DNA of 64,000 nucleotides, taken from NCBI GenBank assembly GCA_002320815.1, contig DCLA01000024.1, positions 767 through 64,766 of the forward strand, given 5' to 3'. Origin of the DNA: Myxococcales bacterium UBA1660. GTDB lineage: Bacteria > Myxococcota_A > Polyangia > Polyangiales > Houyiibacteriaceae. Below the pieces are notes generated by a model that did not search any database, had not been told where the DNA came from, and was given only the letters and a program-made list of their open reading frames with translations. Position numbers and translations under genes: made by a program. This document shows, piece after piece, positions 59,219-64,000 of this stretch; position 1 is the first letter of the stretch, and every line of letters begins with the position of its first letter.

Positions 59219-61754
59219 TGGGATCCGGTTCGCGGGCGTGGCCCTGGCCCTCGTGCTCGCGGCGGGCTGCTACGAGCAGCACCTCTGCGGCGAGGCGGAG
59301 ACCTGCAACTTCGACGACGACGACTGCGACTTCCGCATCGACGAGGACTTCGTCGACGAGAACGGCGTCTACGCCACGCCGGAGCACTGCGGGGGCTGCG
59401 GCGTGAGCTGCGCGGCGGTCTTCCCCACCGCCGCGGAGACGGCCTGCGAGGTCATCGAAGAGGACGGCTCGTTCCTCGCCCAGTGCGTGCTGGTGGCCTG
59501 CCCCGAGGGCTGGCACCGCGCCGGCGAGGGCGCCTGCGCGCCCGACGTGCCCGCCCTCTGCCTCGCGTGCAGCGAGGACGCCGACTGCGAGCTCCGCCAG
59601 CCCGGCGCGCGCTGTCGGGAGACGGTGGGCACCGACGGCGAGACGGTCTCGCTCCGCTGCCTCACCCCTTGCGACGCCGAGGTCGGCGGCTGCGAGCCCG
59701 GCTTCGAGTGCAACGCCGAGGGGCTCTGCGCGCCCGAGACCGGCCTGTGCTCCTGCACCGCGGAGACCCTCGGCGCCGAGCTGGCTTGCCTCTTCGAGCG
59801 CGACGCGAGCTACTCCTGCGCCGGCGTCCAGGTCTGCACCGAGGAGGGTCTCGGCGCCTGCGCGCCGGTCCTCGGCGAGACCTGCAACGAGGCCGACGAC
59901 GACTGCGACGGCGCGGTCGACGAGGACTTCCGCGACGACGAAGGACGCTACGTCGATCGCCTCCACTGCGGCGGCTGCGCCGTGCCCTGCGTCGAGCCCG
60001 GCGAGAACATGGTCGCCAGCTGTCTCCCCGACGGAGCCGGCGTCCAGTGCGTCGTCGAGTGCGAAGAGGGCTTCGTCGACGTCGACGGCATCCAGGCCAA
60101 CGGGTGCGAGTGCGAGCGCTTCGACGGCGAGGGTCCGCCACCCGCGGTGGGCGGCGACGCCGACTGCGACGGCGTCGTCGACGACACCGACGACTTCGTC
60201 TACGTGGCCACCACCGGCAGCGACGCCAACCCGGGCACGCTGGTCCGGCCCATGCGCACGGTGCGAGCCGCCGTGGCGCGCGCCGACCGGGAGAACAAGG
60301 ACGTCCTCGTCTCCCGGGGCATCTACGACGGCGGCTTCGAGGTCGTCGCCGGGGTCTCGGTCTTCGGCGGCTACCGCCCCGACTTCCGCGACCGCGATCT
60401 GGCCCTCTTCCCGGTGGTCCTGGAGAACCGCGCGGACCCCGGGGCGCCGGTGATCACCTGCGCCGACGTCGGCGCGAGCACGCGGATCGAGGGCTTCACC
60501 GTCGCCGGCTCCGACGCGACCCAGCCGGGCCGCGGCAGCACCGCCATCTTCAGTGACGGCTGCGGGTCCGCGCTCACCTTCGCCAACCTGGAGGTCCGCG
60601 CCGGGCGCGGCGCCGACGGCGTCGGCGGGTCCAGCTCGTCGGTGCGCTACGCCGCGGTCACCGGCGGGACCCTCGAGGAGATCGACGGCAGCGACGGCTC
60701 CTCCGGCAACGAAGGCTCTGCGGCCGGCGTCTGCCGCCGCGTGAACGCCGGGGACGGCGGCGCGCAGGTCTGCCGCTTCAGCGCCCTGGACGTCTCCGGC
60801 GGCGACGGCGGCGACGCCGACTGCCCGGCGCTGGGCTGCACCAACGGGCGCCCGTGCGGGAACGCGGGCTGCACCGACTTCACCTCGGGCGGCGTCTGCG
60901 ACATCGAGGCGGCCCGCGCGGTGGCCTCGCCCAACCCGTCCGCCGAGGACGGCAGCGGGCCCGCCGGCGGCGACGCCGGCGAGGACACGTACAACGCGCC
61001 GACCAACCGCGGCGTCTGCAACTTCTGCGACGACAACCCCACCCTGCCCCGGACCGGGCTCCAGGGCGACGACGGCGGTGACGGCCTCGACGGCGCGGGC
61101 GGCGGCGGCTGCGGCGGCACGCCGACCGTCGACGGCAGCGGACGCATCAGCGGCGCCGCCGGCGCGGCGGGCACCGACGGGACCGGCGGCAGCGGCGGCG
61201 GCGGCGGGAGCCCCGGCTCCGGCTACGCGGTCATCGGCGGCACCAGCGGGAGCTGCGAGGACCGGAGTGGCGGCGCTGGCGGCGGGGGCGGCAGCGGCGG
61301 CTGCGGCGCGCCGGGCGCCACCGGCGGGACCGGCGGCGGCACCAGCGTGGCCGTCGTGGTCCGCGCGACCGGCAGCGGTCCCACCTTCGAGAGCGTCCGG
61401 CTGGTCACCGCCAGCGGCGGCGAGGGCGGCTCGGGCGGCAGCGGCTCCGCGGGCGGCACCGGCGGCGCCGGGGGCCTCGGCGGCGCCACGCGCTTCTGGT
61501 GCTCGCGCACCGGCGGCCGGGGCGGCGATGGCGGCCGCGGCGGCGCGGGTGGCGGCGGCGGCGGTGGCTGCGGCGGCGGGTCCCACGGCTTCGTCCTGCT
61601 CGGTTCGCCGGACGGCGACTACGTGACCGACCTCGGCGCCACCACCGTGGACCAGGTCGGCGTGGCGGGCCGCGGCGGCGCCGGCGGGTTCAGCCCGGGC
61701 GCGGCGGGCAGCGCCGGTACCTCGGGGACGGCGACGCCCGTCGCGGTCTTCTGA
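59202..61754 (+). CDS. Large lipoprotein B, paralogue of A with the same architecture
   Basis: ATG 59202 overlaps gene A by 17 nt; RBS GAGGGAGGAG is upstream. Lipobox LVLAAGC. Modules AETCNFDDDDCDFRIDEDFVDENGVYATPEHCGGCGVSC and GETCNEADDDCDGAVDEDFRDDEGRYVDRLHCGGCAVPC. Cap VYVATTGSDANPGTLVRPMRTVRAAV. Gly-rich tail. Confidence 0.85.
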   Translation: MSSFADGIRFAGVALALVLAAGCYEQHLCGEAETCNFDDDDCDFRIDEDFVDENGVYATPEHCGGCGVSCAAVFPTAAETACEVIEEDGSFLAQCVLVACPEGWHRAGEGACAPDVPALCLACSEDADCELRQPGARCRETVGTDGETVSLRCLTPCDAEVGGCEPGFECNAEGLCAPETGLCSCTAETLGAELACLFERDASYSCAGVQVCTEEGLGACAPVLGETCNEADDDCDGAVDEDFRDDEGRYVDRLHCGGCAVPCVEPGENMVASCLPDGAGVQCVVECEEGFVDVDGIQANGCECERFDGEGPPPAVGGDADCDGVVDDTDDFVYVATTGSDANPGTLVRPMRTVRAAVARADRENKDVLVSRGIYDGGFEVVAGVSVFGGYRPDFRDRDLALFPVVLENRADPGAPVITCADVGASTRIEGFTVAGSDATQPGRGSTAIFSDGCGSALTFANLEVRAGRGADGVGGSSSSVRYAAVTGGTLEEIDGSDGSSGNEGSAAGVCRRVNAGDGGAQVCRFSALDVSGGDGGDADCPALGCTNGRPCGNAGCTDFTSGGVCDIEAARAVASPNPSAEDGSGPAGGDAGEDTYNAPTNRGVCNFCDDNPTLPRTGLQGDDGGDGLDGAGGGGCGGTPTVDGSGRISGAAGAAGTDGTGGSGGGGGSPGSGYAVIGGTSGSCEDRSGGAGGGGGSGGCGAPGATGGTGGGTSVAVVVRATGSGPTFESVRLVTASGGEGGSGGSGSAGGTGGAGGLGGATRFWCSRTGGRGGDGGRGGAGGGGGGGCGGGSHGFVLLGSPDGDYVTDLGATTVDQVGVAGRGGAGGFSPGAAGSAGTSGTATPVAVF

Positions 61755-61770
61755 GCGGCGTCGTCCTGGC

Positions 61771-61826
61771 GCCGCCTTTCGAGCGCCGCCGTCCGAGCGC
61801 CGCCTTTCGATCGCCTTTTCTCGAGC
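61771..61826. repeat. 14-nt tandem repeat x4 in the intergenic region upstream of the hybrid kinase
   Basis: gccgcctttcgagc / gccgccgtccgagc / gccgcctttcgatc / gccttttctcgagc, followed by a short hairpin (ccggc-tgctgaa-gccgg). Confidence 0.8.
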
Positions 61827-61881
61827 GCCGGCTGCTGAAGCCGGGCTTGCTCTCGTCGTCCATCCGGCGGACCCTCCGCGG

Positions 61882-63882
61882 GTGAGCGAAGCCCCCGGCG
61901 ACAGCCCGTTCCGGCTCCTGGTCGAGGAGCCCTCGACCGTCACGGGGATGGAGTACCTCCGGGCCCTCACCCGCAACGCAGCGCGTCTCCTGGGGGCACG
62001 GTGGGCGTTCATCGGGCGCCTGGACGAGGACGATCCCGGGACGCTCCGGATGCTCACCCTCTGGGCCGACGGGGAGTTCGCCGAGCCCATCTCCTTCGAC
62101 CTCGCCGGGACGCCCTGCGAACGGGTGATCGCCGGTCGGCTCTGCCACCACCCGACCGACGTCCAGGCGCACTTCCCGGGCGACCCCATGCTCGGTCAGT
62201 TCGGCGTCGAGGCCTACAGCGGCGTGGCCATCTGCAATCGCGAGGGTCCCCTGGGGCTCCTCGCCCTGCTCTCGGACGAGCCCGCCGGCCCCCTGGACGA
62301 CGTGGAGCCGCTCCTGTGGGTCGCCGCCGCGCGCGCCGCCCTGGAGATCGAGCGGATGGGCGGCGACGCGGCCCTCCGCGCCTCCGAGCGGCGCTACCGC
62401 AGCTTCGTCGAGCAATGCAGCGAGGGCGTCTGGTCCATCGACGCGCAGGGGGTCACCGACTTCGTGAACCCGCAGATGGCGCGCATGCTGGGCGTCGAGC
62501 CCGCCGCGATGCTCGGCCGGTCCATGTTCGACTTCATGGACGACGCCGCGCGCGCGGAGGCGGAGCGGAACCTGGCCCGCCGCAACCGCGGCGTCCGCGA
62601 GCGGCACTCCTTCCGGCTGAAGCACGTCGACGGTCACGACGTGTGGACCGAGATGGCGACCTCGCCGATCGTCGACGACCACGGCGAGGTCACCGGCGCG
62701 CTCGCGCTGGTCACCGACGTGAGCGAGCACCAGCGCCTGCAGGAGAGCCTCCAGCAGCGGCAGAAGCTGGAGAGCCTGGGGCTCCTCGCCAGCGGCGTGG
62801 CCCACGACTTCAACAACCTCCTCGCCGGCATCCTCGGCAACGTCGACGTGGGGTACATGCAGGCCGACCTCTCGCCGGCGGTGCGCCGCTGCCTGGACCG
62901 CATCCAGAGCGCGGGCCTCCAGGCCGCCGAGCTCACCAAGCAGCTCCTGGTCTATGCCGGGCGCTCCGCTTACCGCGCCGAGCGCCTCGACCTCCCGGAC
63001 CTGGTCCAGGAGGTCGCCACGATGCTCCAGGCGGCGGTCCCCAAGGGGGTCACCTTCTCCATCGCGCGCAACGCCGAAGCCCTGCCGCCGATCCAGGGCG
63101 ACCGCACCCAGCTCGTCCAGGTCCTGATGAACCTGGTCACCAACGCCGGCGACGCCCTGGGCGACTCCGGCGGCGAGGTGCGCATCGAGACCGGCGTGCT
63201 CGCGCCCGGCGACGAGCTGCTCGAGCGGGGCTACGTCGCCGACCGGGTGGAGCCGGGCAACCACGTGTACGTGCGGGTGACCGACGACGGCGTGGGGATG
63301 GACGAGGAGACCCGGGCCCACCTCTTCGACCCCTTCTTCACCACCAAGGACAGCGGCCACGGCCTGGGGCTCGCCGCGGTCCTGGGGATCCTCCGGCGCC
63401 ACCGCGCGGTGATCGTGATCGACAGCGCGCCGGGCGCGGGGAGCACCTTCACCGTGTGCTTCCCGGAGTCTCCGGTCCGCGAGGAGGCGGCATCGGCGCC
63501 GTCGACGCCGGAGCCCCTTTCGCTCGAGGGGCGCCGCATCCTGATCATCGACGACGACGCGGAGGTCCGGCGCGTGGTCACCGAGCTCCTCGGGGCCGCC
63601 GGCGCCCAGGTGGACGAGGCCGCCGATGGCGTGCTCGGGCTCGCCCGCGTCGACGGCGCGGCCCAGCCCTACGACGCCATCGTGCTCGACGTGGCCATGC
63701 CCAACGTGGACGGCCAGGAGACCCTGCACCGCCTGCGGGCCGGCGGGTGCGAGACCCCCGTCATCCTCTGCTCCGGCCACGCGCCCTTCACCGGCGCCGA
63801 CCGGTCCCGGACCACCTCCCTGGCCAAGCCCTTCCGCGCGGCCGACCTTCGCGCCGCGATCCGCACCGCCCTCGACCGCTAA
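61882..63882 (+). CDS. Hybrid sensor histidine kinase (GAF-like + PAS + HisKA + HATPase + receiver)
   Basis: GTG start. PAS SERRYRSFVEQCSEGVWSIDAQGVTDFVNPQMARMLG. H-box GVAHDFNNLL. N-box VLMNLVTNAGDAL. G-boxes VTDDGVGMD and GHGLGLA. REC RILIIDDD...IVLDVAMPNVDG...KPF. Confidence 0.9.
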   Translation: MSEAPGDSPFRLLVEEPSTVTGMEYLRALTRNAARLLGARWAFIGRLDEDDPGTLRMLTLWADGEFAEPISFDLAGTPCERVIAGRLCHHPTDVQAHFPGDPMLGQFGVEAYSGVAICNREGPLGLLALLSDEPAGPLDDVEPLLWVAAARAALEIERMGGDAALRASERRYRSFVEQCSEGVWSIDAQGVTDFVNPQMARMLGVEPAAMLGRSMFDFMDDAARAEAERNLARRNRGVRERHSFRLKHVDGHDVWTEMATSPIVDDHGEVTGALALVTDVSEHQRLQESLQQRQKLESLGLLASGVAHDFNNLLAGILGNVDVGYMQADLSPAVRRCLDRIQSAGLQAAELTKQLLVYAGRSAYRAERLDLPDLVQEVATMLQAAVPKGVTFSIARNAEALPPIQGDRTQLVQVLMNLVTNAGDALGDSGGEVRIETGVLAPGDELLERGYVADRVEPGNHVYVRVTDDGVGMDEETRAHLFDPFFTTKDSGHGLGLAAVLGILRRHRAVIVIDSAPGAGSTFTVCFPESPVREEAASAPSTPEPLSLEGRRILIIDDDAEVRRVVTELLGAAGAQVDEAADGVLGLARVDGAAQPYDAIVLDVAMPNVDGQETLHRLRAGGCETPVILCSGHAPFTGADRSRTTSLAKPFRAADLRAAIRTALDR

Positions 63883-63928
63883 GCAGGTCGATGAAATGGC
63901 GGCCGAAGGCCGCGTTTCATCAACCTGC
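63883..63928 (+). terminator. Strong ~19-bp-stem hairpin immediately after the kinase stop; second copy of the palindromic element seen at 2172-2213
   Basis: GCAGGT-c-GATGAAA-tg-GCGGCC-gaa-GGCCGC-g-TTTCATC-a-ACCTGC. Confidence 0.5.
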
Positions 63929-63932
63929 TCCC

Positions 63933-64000
63933 TTGCCCCGCCGCAGGCGGTTGCCCCGCCGCAGGCGGTCGCCTCGCCGAAGGCGATTGCCCCGCCGCAG
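63933..64000. repeat. 18-nt tandem repeat, at least 3.8 units, cut by the window edge; each unit holds a small hairpin
   Basis: ttgccccgccgcaggcgg / ttgccccgccgcaggcgg / tcgcctcgccgaaggcga / ttgccccgccgcag... Internal hairpin: ccgcc-gca-ggcgg. Confidence 0.85.

Noticed and set aside
58572-62189. 1205-aa minus-strand ORF across the Gly-rich genes
   Set aside because: It is the mirror-image low-complexity translation (poly-Ala/Arg/Pro) of GGC-rich coding DNA. The plus-strand frames carry lipoboxes, conserved Cys modules and an RBS.
63933-64000. Possible CRISPR array (regular short repeats)
   Set aside because: The units are contiguous with no spacers, the period is only 18 nt, and no cas genes are in the window.

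Overview
High-GC (about 70%) bacterial chromosomal segment, almost certainly Myxococcota. The pointers are two MYXO-CTERM-type sorting tails, myxobacterial Cys-rich repeats, MopE-like DxDCDG motifs and a GltJ/AgmX-type protein. About 56 protein genes tile the window with short or overlapping junctions. I recognised no rRNA, tRNA, CRISPR array, transposase or integrase. Many long ORFs in the track are antisense or out-of-frame shadows typical of high-GC DNA, and I rejected them. Housekeeping genes: argG, argF, hslVU, tdh-kbl, hpt, an ABC1/UbiB kinase, an AlkA-like glycosylase and an IF-1-like protein. Accessory content worth attention: (1) a divergent Cys-rich lipoprotein plus two overlapping ~850-aa paralogous lipoproteins with MopE-like Cys modules, a beta-helix cap and a poly-Gly tail, followed by a hybrid kinase (55690-63882). 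(2) A CPBP intramembrane protease directly upstream of a MYXO-CTERM-tailed protein, a candidate sortase-substrate pair (46530-48746). (3) A six-gene RND efflux operon carrying a tandem-Usp gene and its own histidine kinase and sigma-54 activator, behind a perfect sigma-54 promoter (31067-40810). (4) An orphan sctS-sctT (FliQ/FliR-family) pair (53074-54159). (5) A non-canonical Hsp70 / J-TPR / partner triad wedged between argF and argG (6553-10691). (6) A 33-Cys lipoprotein with two TlpA-like thioredoxins and a putative outer-membrane protein (17514-21816). (7) A cbEGF-array surface protein that runs off the 5' edge. (8) An ~800-bp patch of three decayed genes (14289-15097). There are also several short repeat families in intergenic DNA. 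All functional calls rest on motif recognition by eye. No database search was run.
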